From Verrucomicrobiota bacterium (GTDB lineage: Bacteria > Verrucomicrobiota > Verrucomicrobiia > Opitutales > Seribacteraceae), in the NCBI GenBank assembly GCA_027622665.1, contig JAQBYT010000002.1:224001-288000 (forward strand): 64,000 bases of DNA, in the 5' to 3' direction. Position 1 is the stretch's first letter; each line of letters starts with the position of its first letter. This document shows positions 31,035 through 41,095 of this stretch, in pieces. Under the pieces are notes generated by a model. That model did not search any database. It saw only the letters and a program-made list of their open reading frames with translations, and was not told the DNA's origin. A program made the translations under genes and the position numbers.

Positions 31035-33365
31035 CTAATGATTAAAAGCAAATTCCTTTGAATTCAAGAGTGCCCAGAACAAATCGCGTACAACGTCTTC
31101 GCGGTTGCCTGATTCAATCAGCTCCCCAACCAGCTTCGTTTCCTCTGCAGTCGGTTTACGTGCTACCGTTACCGCATACATTTGCTGAATACTCTTATCC
31201 AAATCCTTTTCTTGCAGCCATCCGGCCAGACGCCCGTTTTTGTCATGAAGCCGCTGCTGTACTTCAGCCCCGTTACGCAGGTGTAGCATCTGGGGCAAGG
31301 TCACATCGCTTTCGCGTTCGCAAGCACAAGCGGAAACCCGTTCAGAGCGACCAAAGACGGAAAGGAAATAGGAATCGATATCTGGCTCAGGTAACTGAAT
31401 GGCCCGCAGACCGACCGGGTAACTGTCAAACCGGCTAGGAACGCCCGTCGCTTGAGCGATCGCATCCAGCATCACTTCGGCAGGTAGACGTTTCGGTCTA
31501 TAACGAGAGAAAAATCGGGTGTCGTTCACATTGCCCTTAAGGGTGTCAGAGCTAAGCGCATAGGCCCGAGATGTCAGGATTAGTTGCATGAGTTGCCTGA
31601 GGTCGAAACCGCTATCGGCGAAGGATTTGTTCAGCGTATTCCACAAGGCCGGATTCGACGGCGGATTGCTATCCCGAAGGTCATCCACCGGTTCCACGAT
31701 ACCCGCGCCAAAAAAATGTTTCCAGATTCGATTCACCATGGCTCCGGAAAATTCCGAACGGCCTACCATCCAGTCAACCAAAGCCTCCCGAGGATCTTCG
31801 CCACCTTCCACCTTCAGCGCTTTTCGATCCAAGGTTTGAGGAGGCAATTGTTTATGAGTCCGAGGTTGCCGGACGGTCAATTTCTGATCCGCCAGATCCG
31901 TCAATCGCTTGCGTTGATGCTCCAAGTCTTTGTTTTTCTTCTCGATCTCTTCCTTGGACTTCCCTTCCTGTTTCATTTTCGCCACTTCATCAATCAACTT
32001 GGTGATTTGCTTCATGACATTCGCCTGATCTTTTGTTTTGACCCATAACTCGGTCCCGCCTTTCTCCGGCTTGACTCGATTCATGCTGACTTTTTTAAAG
32101 CAGGCCATCAGGTGATAAAAATCGTCTTGGGTATACCGTTCGAGCGGATGGTTATGACACCGGGCGCATCCGATCCGCATCCCGAGAAAACTTTGGGATA
32201 CAGCTTCGGTCAGGGTGGAGTCTTCAAGGCTGGAGAAACTAATCGTGGTCATGAAATAACCAACTTCCGGATTTTCGCGAACATCGCCTTTTGCAGTCAG
32301 CACATTTCGGGAAATTCGATCCCAACCGTGACCAGCCTTCAACTGGTTTCGTAGCCATCCATGAAAAGCTTTTACGCCTTTGACTCCTCGGTGATCATGA
32401 TCACGTTCACGGCGGTTCTGAAGCAGGTCGGCCAGTTGCAAGGTCCAGTAATCCACCCACTCTGGCCTGTGGACCAAGTGTTCAGCTAGATGAAGCCGAC
32501 GATCCGGTCTGGTATCTTTAACGAAAGCGGCGACTTCATCCGGAGAAGGCAATGTTCCGATGGCATCGAGATAAGCCCTTCGGACAAATGCGGTGGCAGA
32601 GGCTTCGGGCGACGGAGGGATTCGAAGGGTCTTCAGTTTCTCGAAGATCGGCTTATCGATCGCATTCCAATGATCCGTGTAGGCATCCTCTTGTACCGGG
32701 TTGGAATAAGGAATGCTGAAGGTCACGACATCCACTAACGATCCGAAATGTACCCGTATCGAACCTTCACCGTGACGAAGGGCGGTAACCAATCCGGTTT
32801 CGCTGACGGCGACCGTACTTTCATGGTTGGAGAAGAATTGAGCCAGCCAAGTTACATCCCGCACCTCTCCATCGGCATAACGCGCCTCGACCATCAGTTG
32901 TTGATGCTCATTCAGCTTCATGGTCCGGCCGGTCGGCGAGACGGCGAGACGTTCCAGTACTGGTTCGTCCATAATCGGTCCGGGAGCCCGGACCTTGATC
33001 CAATCCACCAAGGTTTTCCATGCGCGTGAGTCCCGCCGAAAACGAATGCCGCCTTCGTGCTGTAATTCACCGCTGGGTTTCTGAACAAAGGTGCTCTGAT
33101 CCGGAAAAGCATAGTTCACTCGCCGCCCGCTCAACTCACGGGTAATCCAAGCGTGATCCCAGTCAGGAGCATATCCCCGCAAGGAGAGACGGAATCCATT
33201 TTGACCAGAGAGTTTTCCATGGCAGGCGCCGGCGTTGCAGCCGTATCGGGTGAGTATGGGAAGAATGTCGCGCTTAAAGGATGGCGGTGGTTCTTCGGTA
33301 AAGCCTAATATCGGCAAAAAACCGACCATTAGGCCAATCAACGACAATCTGAATAAAACTTCCAT
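31035..33365 (-). CDS. DUF1549/DUF1553 (PSCyt2/PSD1) protein with Ig-like domain
   Basis: SFKRDILPILTRYGCNAGACHG; RRAYLDAIGTLP; IGCARCHNHP; NRIWKHFFGAGIVEPVDD; CACER; WALLNSKEFAFNH. Confidence 0.93.
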   Translation of the reverse strand: MEVLFRLSLIGLMVGFLPILGFTEEPPPSFKRDILPILTRYGCNAGACHGKLSGQNGFRLSLRGYAPDWDHAWITRELSGRRVNYAFPDQSTFVQKPSGELQHEGGIRFRRDSRAWKTLVDWIKVRAPGPIMDEPVLERLAVSPTGRTMKLNEHQQLMVEARYADGEVRDVTWLAQFFSNHESTVAVSETGLVTALRHGEGSIRVHFGSLVDVVTFSIPYSNPVQEDAYTDHWNAIDKPIFEKLKTLRIPPSPEASATAFVRRAYLDAIGTLPSPDEVAAFVKDTRPDRRLHLAEHLVHRPEWVDYWTLQLADLLQNRRERDHDHRGVKGVKAFHGWLRNQLKAGHGWDRISRNVLTAKGDVRENPEVGYFMTTISFSSLEDSTLTEAVSQSFLGMRIGCARCHNHPLERYTQDDFYHLMACFKKVSMNRVKPEKGGTELWVKTKDQANVMKQITKLIDEVAKMKQEGKSKEEIEKKNKDLEHQRKRLTDLADQKLTVRQPRTHKQLPPQTLDRKALKVEGGEDPREALVDWMVGRSEFSGAMVNRIWKHFFGAGIVEPVDDLRDSNPPSNPALWNTLNKSFADSGFDLRQLMQLILTSRAYALSSDTLKGNVNDTRFFSRYRPKRLPAEVMLDAIAQATGVPSRFDSYPVGLRAIQLPEPDIDSYFLSVFGRSERVSACACERESDVTLPQMLHLRNGAEVQQRLHDKNGRLAGWLQEKDLDKSIQQMYAVTVARKPTAEETKLVGELIESGNREDVVRDLFWALLNSKEFAFNH

Positions 33366-33449
33366 TTGAGCAACTACGCGAAATAAAGGGAAAAAGTGTC
33401 AATTAAAGTTAAATTAATTTTCGCCAAAAACCGCTATTGCGTACGATTT

Positions 33450-34394
33450 CTACCGTCCGGCTTTGACGGCAGCGATCGCTTCTTGTATTAGCTTTTTCAG
33501 ATCGTCTTCGCTTGGCGTTTTCGACGGAACACCGCCCTCAGGGATCATCAGGCCGGCCACCCAGGCCGCACCATTGAGCAGGCAGGTTCGGAAACTGTCG
33601 TTGGCATGGTTCGCATGCAGGTGCATGCCGGTGAAACCGAATCCACGGCCTTTGTCCGGACGTTCATACGCCCAGGCTACGTGCTGCGGTTTTCCTTTCG
33701 AGACGGCCTTATACACATCTGGGTTTCCACCTCGCCCCGACTTTTCTTTTCTCACGGTATTGAGAGGCGCGACGGCGGAGAGGATGGGGGTCAGACCCTT
33801 CATGTCTTTGACGAAACGCATGTGGTAATACCATTCGTCACGGAGGCTGAAGGGTTTCAGTCCGCGCGTCGTCGGGTGGTTGGAGATTGGATTGAACTTC
33901 GGTTTCCACCAAGGATTCACCGACCATCCGATTTCGAAATATCCGCCAATCCAATCAAGGTAGTTGTTGCCGGCAACTCCCGCGTTAACTTCAACCCCGA
34001 AATGCACGGCCATGAAACCGGCGCCGCGTTGGGTCGCTTTGGCAATCTCCGGGTCCTTTCCTGCCCGCTCTCCATGATTTAATCCCACGACGATCGCATC
34101 GGCCTGCGAAAAGTCCTTCGGCCAGTTTTTCGACGAGTGCACCACTGCATGCACATTCGGGTAAGCTTCGTGAAGTGCTCGCGCCATCAGGATAAACCCC
34201 CCGACAAACTCATGATTCCCCCGCCCGCCATGAGTTCCGCCATCTCCAATGAAGACCAGCTTGGTTATAGTATCCGGCGCGGATCGCTGGCCCTCGTAAT
34301 CGAAGATGTCGCGCTCGACGGCCGATACAGTTGTTCCGACCCATACAAACATGGAGAAAACGAAAAATAGAATGGTGGGTTGTGTATGTTTCAT
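33450..34394 (-). CDS. Secreted ThuA-like (class I glutamine-amidotransferase-like fold) protein
   Basis: H-E motif (GNHEF), HPTTRG.KPF..RDEWY, AWAYERPDKGRGFGFTGMH, LNGAAW; ATG at 34394 gives a signal peptide. Confidence 0.8.
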   Translation of the reverse strand: MKHTQPTILFFVFSMFVWVGTTVSAVERDIFDYEGQRSAPDTITKLVFIGDGGTHGGRGNHEFVGGFILMARALHEAYPNVHAVVHSSKNWPKDFSQADAIVVGLNHGERAGKDPEIAKATQRGAGFMAVHFGVEVNAGVAGNNYLDWIGGYFEIGWSVNPWWKPKFNPISNHPTTRGLKPFSLRDEWYYHMRFVKDMKGLTPILSAVAPLNTVRKEKSGRGGNPDVYKAVSKGKPQHVAWAYERPDKGRGFGFTGMHLHANHANDSFRTCLLNGAAWVAGLMIPEGGVPSKTPSEDDLKKLIQEAIAAVKAGR

Positions 34395-34420
34395 GAGTTC
34401 CTTACTTAATTTTCGCAAGC

Positions 34421-35125
34421 CTACTTCAATGTTTTTATTCGAAGGTTCTTGAATTGCACTTTCATGGGGGGGCCCGCGTGCAATTGAAGTGCGAGAAGCC
34501 CCTTCATGACCCGTTTGGATTCTTGATTGTCCGTGACGTCGATCGTCACATGATCGTTGATTTTCTGAATCAGATGGTTCCCTTGAGCGATGATTGTGTA
34601 ATCGTTCCATTCACCCTTTTTGATGGATTTAAGAATGGTTTTTTCGTCCGTGGTTTTCCCCGCGCCGTTTTTCTTCCCGGATTCGTCGATGATGACTTTA
34701 TTACCCCTTTTGGCCAGAACGCCACGGCCCCGTTCCTCATACAAGGTTCCAGTCCAGCCATTGCCCGCATCAAAGTCAGCCTGATAACCGCCGATCACCC
34801 AATTCTTATAGTCTTTGCTGCGGTACTGAATCCCGGAATTCCCGGCATTACCAATCCGGAATTCCAACCGTAATTCAAAATCAACCAACTCGCCACCCCG
34901 CCAGATACAAAATGTGTTTCCTTTGGCAGGGTTTTCCTTGGTGGATTCACCTGTGATAGCGCCATCCTTCACACTCCAGTGGGCTGGATTGCCATCCCAT
35001 GTCTTGAGCGTTTTTCCGTCAAAAATATCCACGAAGCCTTCTTCGGCTTCAGCGAGAAAGACATTGGCCATGAGCAGAAAAAGACCAGTGAGAACAATAG
35101 ATCGGGCAGTACAATGAGTGTTCAT
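34421..35125 (-). CDS. DUF1080 (3-keto-disaccharide hydrolase-like) secreted protein
   Basis: IFDGKTL..W, DFELRLEF, GNSGIQYR, GYQAD, GEWNDY, LALQLH, FKNLRIK. Confidence 0.92.
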   Translation of the reverse strand: MNTHCTARSIVLTGLFLLMANVFLAEAEEGFVDIFDGKTLKTWDGNPAHWSVKDGAITGESTKENPAKGNTFCIWRGGELVDFELRLEFRIGNAGNSGIQYRSKDYKNWVIGGYQADFDAGNGWTGTLYEERGRGVLAKRGNKVIIDESGKKNGAGKTTDEKTILKSIKKGEWNDYTIIAQGNHLIQKINDHVTIDVTDNQESKRVMKGLLALQLHAGPPMKVQFKNLRIKTLK

Positions 35126-35287
35126 AATAATTGTCTTCAAATAATTTTAATTTTGATAGATTGGAACGTTCCTGCTTCATATAAGCAAGCGGTTAGGGTG
35201 ACATTCACAATTTTAATCTTGAGGGTTACCCAATCGAAATGGATGTTATTTTGAAACGGACTGCAATCAACCCATAAGGAGTTTCCC

Positions 35288-37606
35288 ATGCGATATGTTC
35301 TCATCCTGACCGCGGCTTTCATGGTCGCCTGCTCAAATCCACTATCGATGGCCGACGACAAGACATCCGATGGTCCGGACCATTGGATTCGACATCTTCA
35401 TGAATTCGGGCCCTCGGATCGTCCCGAAGAAGCTCGGCAAACCTGGCAGAAAGCCCAGGATGCGTTTAAGGGTCGTGCCGGTGTGCTCGTCGTGCCGGCC
35501 CATGTGTGGCCCATGCTGAAGCCTGACTCGCTTCAATCGCTGACTAGGATTCCCGATCCTCCCGCTGAGACGAAGCAGTGGAAGCAAGGCCATGGACTTA
35601 GCGTACTCACGGCCGACCGGGAACGCCCTGTGCTTCATGTCCCTCCCTTGTCTGGCCTGAAGCTTGAACGTGAATTGCGGCTTAATGACGGCGACAGTCT
35701 TCCTCATTGGGGCACCCATCCGATGCTGCTGCTGGAAAGCCGGTTGATTTATGGTTCGATCAGTTACCTCGATTGGCTTCAGGCACCTACGGAAAAGGGA
35801 ACTGATCGACGTTTTTACGTTCCCACCGTTCGTGGGCTCGTCCCCGGCCAATTCCTTAACGTCCATGGCGGACCTGGATATGGCGGTGGGGTGACCCGTG
35901 CTGTGGTTAAGTCGCTCGGATACGATGCGAAGAAAAAGCTATTTTACTTTGTCGCAGATACAAGCCTCGATCATATCGCCGGCGGCATCGCTCAGAACAA
36001 AAGCAACACCGGCCTGATCCATATGACGCAAACCAGCCATGCGGACAACCAGACGTATGATGTGAAAGTAATCCGGAATCAATACGCGCACGGCGATACC
36101 TACATCTATTACTGCGACTTTAACTACATGAGCAATATTCACTCCGCGGCGGGCGATGAAAACGGAAACTGTTACGGGGCTTTCATCCGTTCCAAAGACA
36201 ACAACTTTCGAGGAACTGTGGAAGCCATCCATACCGAGAAATCGAAACTGACCTTTGCCCACGGTGCTTCCAACATCACGACGCTGGGGAATTCCCGTCC
36301 TCTGATTAACCTTAATCCCGAAAAGCACATCACCCAAGGGAAGGTGCTGATCGTAACCGGGCGCTCCGAATTCGATCTCCCTGACGCCGAGATGTCCGTC
36401 TTCGAAGACAAGGATTATTCCACCGGTTTGATCAAAAACCCGATCCACGGAGCAACCGAACGAAAATTCGGAGGTTTGATCCGGGGTAATCAAGATTGCC
36501 CATGGACAGAGGATGTTCTTGGACGTTACTTCACCGTCAACGAAAAGTCGGAAAAGACCCCGAAGGGGAATCATCGATGGTACCTCATCACGAAATTCAA
36601 AGCGAATGAGGACGGAACCAAAGAGATCGAGATCGAACGGTTCTGGTGGGGTGCGAAAAGCGCGGGAAGCCCCACCTTGTATCGGTTGGAAAACTATACA
36701 CGGGACGGACATGTTCAACCGTTGAGCTACATCATCGCTCCCGGTGCTTATGTGAATGACGTGTCGCGGGCGGTCTCTGGAGGCAATCGAGGCGGTCAGC
36801 GGTTGCTTGGACTGGCTCCGTCTCCGGATAAGAATAAACCGACGGGCTTCGCACCCGGCGATCGGATCGAACAGGCTATCGGGCCGGATCCCTTTAAGCC
36901 TCAAGCAATGCGGGTGTGGATGTGGGAGGACGTACCGGGGCAGTTCCCCTCGGCGGTTTTCGATGTCGCCAATTACGGTGCGGTTTCCCGCTATTCCGTG
37001 TTGTCGGTAGCTGGCGGTCCCGCGAACCTTGATGAACTGTCCAAACGCCACGAACCTAAGCCGGCTTGGGACAACATTATCGTCTTGAACAGCGCCGCGA
37101 CCATCGGCCTCAACTTAAAAGCCGACTTCGCCAAGGCGGCGATCCTGTTCCAGCAACCGAATCGCGAGCAACCCATCAAGTGGCACTATGGGCAGGCGAT
37201 GAACAAAGATGTAAAGTCTAATAAGACCGGCATAACCCGTGCCGTATCCGCTCCCGCCACCTCCCCGAAGGTGGCGTCATTGACCGTCAATCGAACAACC
37301 GGCGTCTTCCAGTTCGACGGTGGAGGTGTTCAGGCCGGCGGCTCGATCTCGAAGGTGTCCGGGTTGTCGGGCGAAGCCACGCCTTCTCGCAACCTACGCG
37401 GGAAGAATGTTTTCGTCCAGACTGGCGAATCTTCAAAACGCATTGAATTTCCACAACCGGAAGCCAATAACGACTACGCGGTTTTTATCGAACAATCCTG
37501 GCTGTCGAACCGAGCCGTCAGCGAAAAAACACCTGAAGGCTTCACGGTTACCTTTGCCGCCAAGGCGCCTGAAAAGGCCATGTTGGATTGGATGTTGGTT
37601 CGCTGA
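35288..37606 (+). CDS. Large exported hypothetical protein (772 aa), possible lipoprotein
   Basis: Long ORF with RBS (taaggag) and signal MRYVLILTAAFMVAC; no family confidently recognised. Confidence 0.8.
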   Translation: MRYVLILTAAFMVACSNPLSMADDKTSDGPDHWIRHLHEFGPSDRPEEARQTWQKAQDAFKGRAGVLVVPAHVWPMLKPDSLQSLTRIPDPPAETKQWKQGHGLSVLTADRERPVLHVPPLSGLKLERELRLNDGDSLPHWGTHPMLLLESRLIYGSISYLDWLQAPTEKGTDRRFYVPTVRGLVPGQFLNVHGGPGYGGGVTRAVVKSLGYDAKKKLFYFVADTSLDHIAGGIAQNKSNTGLIHMTQTSHADNQTYDVKVIRNQYAHGDTYIYYCDFNYMSNIHSAAGDENGNCYGAFIRSKDNNFRGTVEAIHTEKSKLTFAHGASNITTLGNSRPLINLNPEKHITQGKVLIVTGRSEFDLPDAEMSVFEDKDYSTGLIKNPIHGATERKFGGLIRGNQDCPWTEDVLGRYFTVNEKSEKTPKGNHRWYLITKFKANEDGTKEIEIERFWWGAKSAGSPTLYRLENYTRDGHVQPLSYIIAPGAYVNDVSRAVSGGNRGGQRLLGLAPSPDKNKPTGFAPGDRIEQAIGPDPFKPQAMRVWMWEDVPGQFPSAVFDVANYGAVSRYSVLSVAGGPANLDELSKRHEPKPAWDNIIVLNSAATIGLNLKADFAKAAILFQQPNREQPIKWHYGQAMNKDVKSNKTGITRAVSAPATSPKVASLTVNRTTGVFQFDGGGVQAGGSISKVSGLSGEATPSRNLRGKNVFVQTGESSKRIEFPQPEANNDYAVFIEQSWLSNRAVSEKTPEGFTVTFAAKAPEKAMLDWMLVR

Positions 37607-38011
37607 GTTTATCAGGTCCATTTTGCGAGGCCAGGCTATTGCAACTTGGGTTTGAATAGAGTGAAAAACGGATATCAATAACATCAAATTTCCCTTTTAT
37701 TTGCAGTGTTGATGCTTCGACTAGAAAACATACCGAATCCTTATGTTCTCCAGTTGCGAGGGGCACTCTGAGCGACCGGCCGTAATGATTATTTAGATTC
37801 TGAATTCCTCGCTTATGGCTCGTTCGAGCCTGGAAGATCACATCTAGGTATTCAGTTCAATTTTACGAGTTAGGTTTATGAATAAGATTTGACGACAACT
37901 TTATGTGCAAATGCGTGGCCCTCCCTATGCGGCAATTACCGTAGTATTGGCAGGCTGGACACAATCATTTCAGTCCGCCATGCCAACCCCATGAACTCGC
38001 ATCAGAAACCT

Positions 38012-38085
38012 ATTCGATCTCGAAGTACTTTATATTCTGCTATCCTCAGGTCGTTGGCCAAAAGAAGTACGACATTGTGGGCACG
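38012..38085 (-). pseudogene. Highly decayed sulfatase N-terminal remnant
   Basis: Minus strand reads HNVVLLLANDL, then after a 1-nt shift G-stop-QNIKYFEIE, matching PNVVLLLADDLGWQDAKCYDLD of the 24242-26119 sulfatase. Confidence 0.6.
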
Positions 38086-38213
38086 TAGACTGGCCCGGGG
38101 GGCAACTTACAGCCCTGCAGGAAGGTTGAGCAGATAAGGAACTTCGTTTTCCGAATGCAGTTCATAAATCTGATGGATGTTTGTAAGTAAATGGATGGAG
38201 AGTTTTTTCAGTG

Positions 38214-40109
38214 CTACTCGAGCGTCCAGCGGAGGTTGCGAAACTCCGGAGGTTTTCCTTTCCACGCTGCGCCTATGAGCTTTGGCTTGGCCTTGGATCC
38301 TCTTGGTGGTCGGATCCTCTCGGTGTCGTTCAGTCGGAATTCCTTGATTCCCTTCCAGTTTGCCAGCGGTTTGCCCTCGGCGTCCTTGAAGTCGGTTGGA
38401 GAAAGTTTCACCGCTTGCCATTTGCCATTTTCCTGTAGTCGAACCTCGTTGGCATGGCCATCGACTCCCACGATCAAGGTGTTCGCTTGCGCAGCGCGGA
38501 CTTCCAAGGAAATTTTCGCGCCCGTTGGCGCCGCCCACTGCGTATCATAGACCTTGTGCGTCTTGATGCCCCACTTTTCCGGCTTGTAGCTGAACCATTC
38601 CTTTCGCCAGTCACCTTGGAAATCCTCGATCAGCGGACTTGGCTTGAGCGAGGCAAACGATCCGGCTGCCTGCAGTTTTTCAGCGGATGCGACCTGCATG
38701 ATGGAGGACAGGTTGAATGATTTTGCCGTGTACGAACCATAATAGTAACCGGCTCCCGAGATGGGTTTATCCAACTTGTACCGAACGTTCGCGTAGGCCC
38801 AAAGTGGTTTGTCCGTCGAAAAAAGAGGCAACTCGGCCACCCGTTTCCCTTTGTGCATCGTAACCGAAGCATGGCGCCAAAAGCGGCTTTTCGTGTTCAC
38901 CGTGTCGTCTTTTTGCCCATTCACCTGGCCGTGCTGGGTGTAGAATACGTCGATGAATGAAATCACCTTCGAGTCATCTGCCGAGATGGTCACTATGGGG
39001 GATTTCCCTTTGGGCAGACCGAGGTTTAACACCGGAGTGGCGGGTACCTCGAAAGTTCCCTTGAGGTGTTGATCGAACCACAATTGCGTGGCCACCTCGT
39101 AAGGCGGACTGTCCTGGTGGTTGTGGTGGGGCGAGCAGGTGACCCTCCAGTCCTTTGCTTTGATTTCCTTGGTCGCAGTCTCCAAATCGTTGATTCGCCC
39201 ATGGAAGTCGTTGGAAGGGCTCAAGAAAATGATCGGGCAGGTGATTTTCTTGAGGTTCGGGGGGTCGCTTACCGTTCCCAAATGAAGTGGGTTCTTGGTG
39301 TAGCGATCGCTGATTCCACCACAGGACGGAGCTGCCGCCTTGACCCGCTTGTCCGAACCTGCCGTCAGCACGGTTAGCTTCCCCCCCATGGAATGTCCGT
39401 AGACTCCGAGTCGGGGACCATCGATTTCCGGTTGGCGCTCGAGAAAGGTAAGCCCGCGACGAGCCCCAAGGGTGGCGAGAAACCATGAATTGTTTCGGGG
39501 CGATTCAACGGGATCCAGCGTCCAGTCCGCAACTGGAATAGAAGGGAAAGCATCTTTTCCATTTCGACTTGGTGCATGGTACGCATCCAATGCTCCCCAG
39601 TCGGTCGTCAACTTGTATTTGGGATCATCGGTCTTGCCCTCCCAGAACAGCTTCACCTCATTGGGTGTGACCCTGTAGTTTGGAGCCGAAATGCGACCCG
39701 CCCAGGAAATGGATAGCGAGGCGTACCCACGTTTTGCATTGGTCCGCGGGGCGTTTTGGTCGGCGTACTGTCCGCCACCATGGATCTGGAGGAGTCCCGG
39801 CAAGTTCTTCCCTCCCTTCGGGTGACCGTAAACGGCAGCCATCATCGCCTTCTTGCCCTTGAACACCCCAATGCGGTATCGCAGCACTTTCAGGACGACG
39901 CCATCCTCTTCCCATTCCTTGAGGATCTCCACCTCCATAGGTTCGGCTCGAGGATCAAAGCCCACCCACATTTCCGATTCGGTCTTCGGGGCGACCTTAC
40001 CATTCAAAGGAGGCAAGGTATCCGTGAGTGGAGTTTTCCTTTCTGCATAAAGGCAAGTCGACGAGGAGAGAAAGGTGTAGACAAACAGGACATGTAAAAA
40101 ACTGTTCAT
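38214..40109 (-). CDS. Secreted alpha/beta-hydrolase (acetylxylan-esterase/dienelactone-hydrolase-like) with C-terminal beta domain
   Basis: LPGLLQIHGGGQ, GHSMGG nucleophile elbow, SNDFHG, PHHNH. Confidence 0.8.
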   Translation of the reverse strand: MNSFLHVLFVYTFLSSSTCLYAERKTPLTDTLPPLNGKVAPKTESEMWVGFDPRAEPMEVEILKEWEEDGVVLKVLRYRIGVFKGKKAMMAAVYGHPKGGKNLPGLLQIHGGGQYADQNAPRTNAKRGYASLSISWAGRISAPNYRVTPNEVKLFWEGKTDDPKYKLTTDWGALDAYHAPSRNGKDAFPSIPVADWTLDPVESPRNNSWFLATLGARRGLTFLERQPEIDGPRLGVYGHSMGGKLTVLTAGSDKRVKAAAPSCGGISDRYTKNPLHLGTVSDPPNLKKITCPIIFLSPSNDFHGRINDLETATKEIKAKDWRVTCSPHHNHQDSPPYEVATQLWFDQHLKGTFEVPATPVLNLGLPKGKSPIVTISADDSKVISFIDVFYTQHGQVNGQKDDTVNTKSRFWRHASVTMHKGKRVAELPLFSTDKPLWAYANVRYKLDKPISGAGYYYGSYTAKSFNLSSIMQVASAEKLQAAGSFASLKPSPLIEDFQGDWRKEWFSYKPEKWGIKTHKVYDTQWAAPTGAKISLEVRAAQANTLIVGVDGHANEVRLQENGKWQAVKLSPTDFKDAEGKPLANWKGIKEFRLNDTERIRPPRGSKAKPKLIGAAWKGKPPEFRNLRWTLE

Positions 40110-40286
40110 TGATTTCTGCTGTCACGTATTTGATCGTTCATGGCAACGGTTTGATTTATCTTTAAGATTTTAAAATAGGATTCGTGTCGTTGTTCAATTT
40201 TCGAAAATCCAGACGACTAAAATATCGTAAAGCGCAGGGTATCCCTCTAAATCTTCAATTTTATCAACATCCCAGCCTATTGCCTG

Positions 40287-41084
40287 ATGACTGTTCTCCG
40301 TTTTAAACGATTCGTCTTCCTCATCCTTTTTTTTAGTTCTACTTGGTTGGGAGCCGTCGAGAAGCGTCTGCCCATGAAGGGTGAGACTTTCGCCATACAA
40401 GATCGCACCGCGTTCCTTATTTTCCCGGAGAAACCCAAGGCGGGACAACCGATTCCATGGGTCTGGTATGCCCCCACGCTGCGCGGGTTGCCGGGTGGGG
40501 CGGAGAAGTGGATGTTCGAGCGCTTCCTCAAGGCGGGGATCGCCATCGCCGGGGTGGACGTGGGCGAATCCTACGGCAGTCCGAAGGGTAGGGCGGTCTA
40601 CTCCGCCCTGCACGAGCATCTGGTGAAGAAGCGGGGCCTCGCCAAGCAGGCCTGCCTCTTAGCCCGCAGTCGCGGTGGGCTCATGCTCTATTGCTGGGCA
40701 GTGGAAAACCCCGACAAGGTACGTTGCATCACCGGCATCTATCCGGTCTGCAACATCGCCAGTTACCCCGGCCTCAACCGGGCTTGCGGAGCCTATGGAT
40801 TGACTGTTGAGCAGTTCGAGGCCGATTTGGCCAAGCACAACCCCATCGACCGGCTGGCTCCCTTGGCCAAGGCGAAGGTCCCCATCTTTCACATTCATGG
40901 CGACAAGGACGGTACAGTGCCCTTGGACAAAAATTCCGCCCTCGTCAAGGAACGCTACGACAAACTGGGCGGCCTCATGACCTTGGAGGTCGTCCCGGGC
41001 CAAGGCCACAACATGTGGCCCGGCTGGTTCCAGAGCCAGAATCTGGTTGATTTCTTGATCGGTCACGCGACTCAGGCAAACTAG
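40287..41084 (+). CDS. Secreted alpha/beta-hydrolase (esterase/peptidase S9-like)
   Basis: PWVWYAP, ARSRGG elbow, HIHGDKD..VP, GQGH. Confidence 0.8.
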   Translation: MTVLRFKRFVFLILFFSSTWLGAVEKRLPMKGETFAIQDRTAFLIFPEKPKAGQPIPWVWYAPTLRGLPGGAEKWMFERFLKAGIAIAGVDVGESYGSPKGRAVYSALHEHLVKKRGLAKQACLLARSRGGLMLYCWAVENPDKVRCITGIYPVCNIASYPGLNRACGAYGLTVEQFEADLAKHNPIDRLAPLAKAKVPIFHIHGDKDGTVPLDKNSALVKERYDKLGGLMTLEVVPGQGHNMWPGWFQSQNLVDFLIGHATQAN

Positions 41085-41095
41085 GCTGAAGAACA

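Noticed and set aside
33450..34610. Extended N-termini in the ORF track (34610, 28992, 21468, 43858, 51249)
   Set aside because: Most extensions overlap upstream genes; downstream ATGs give proper signal peptides and, in three cases, stop/start coupling
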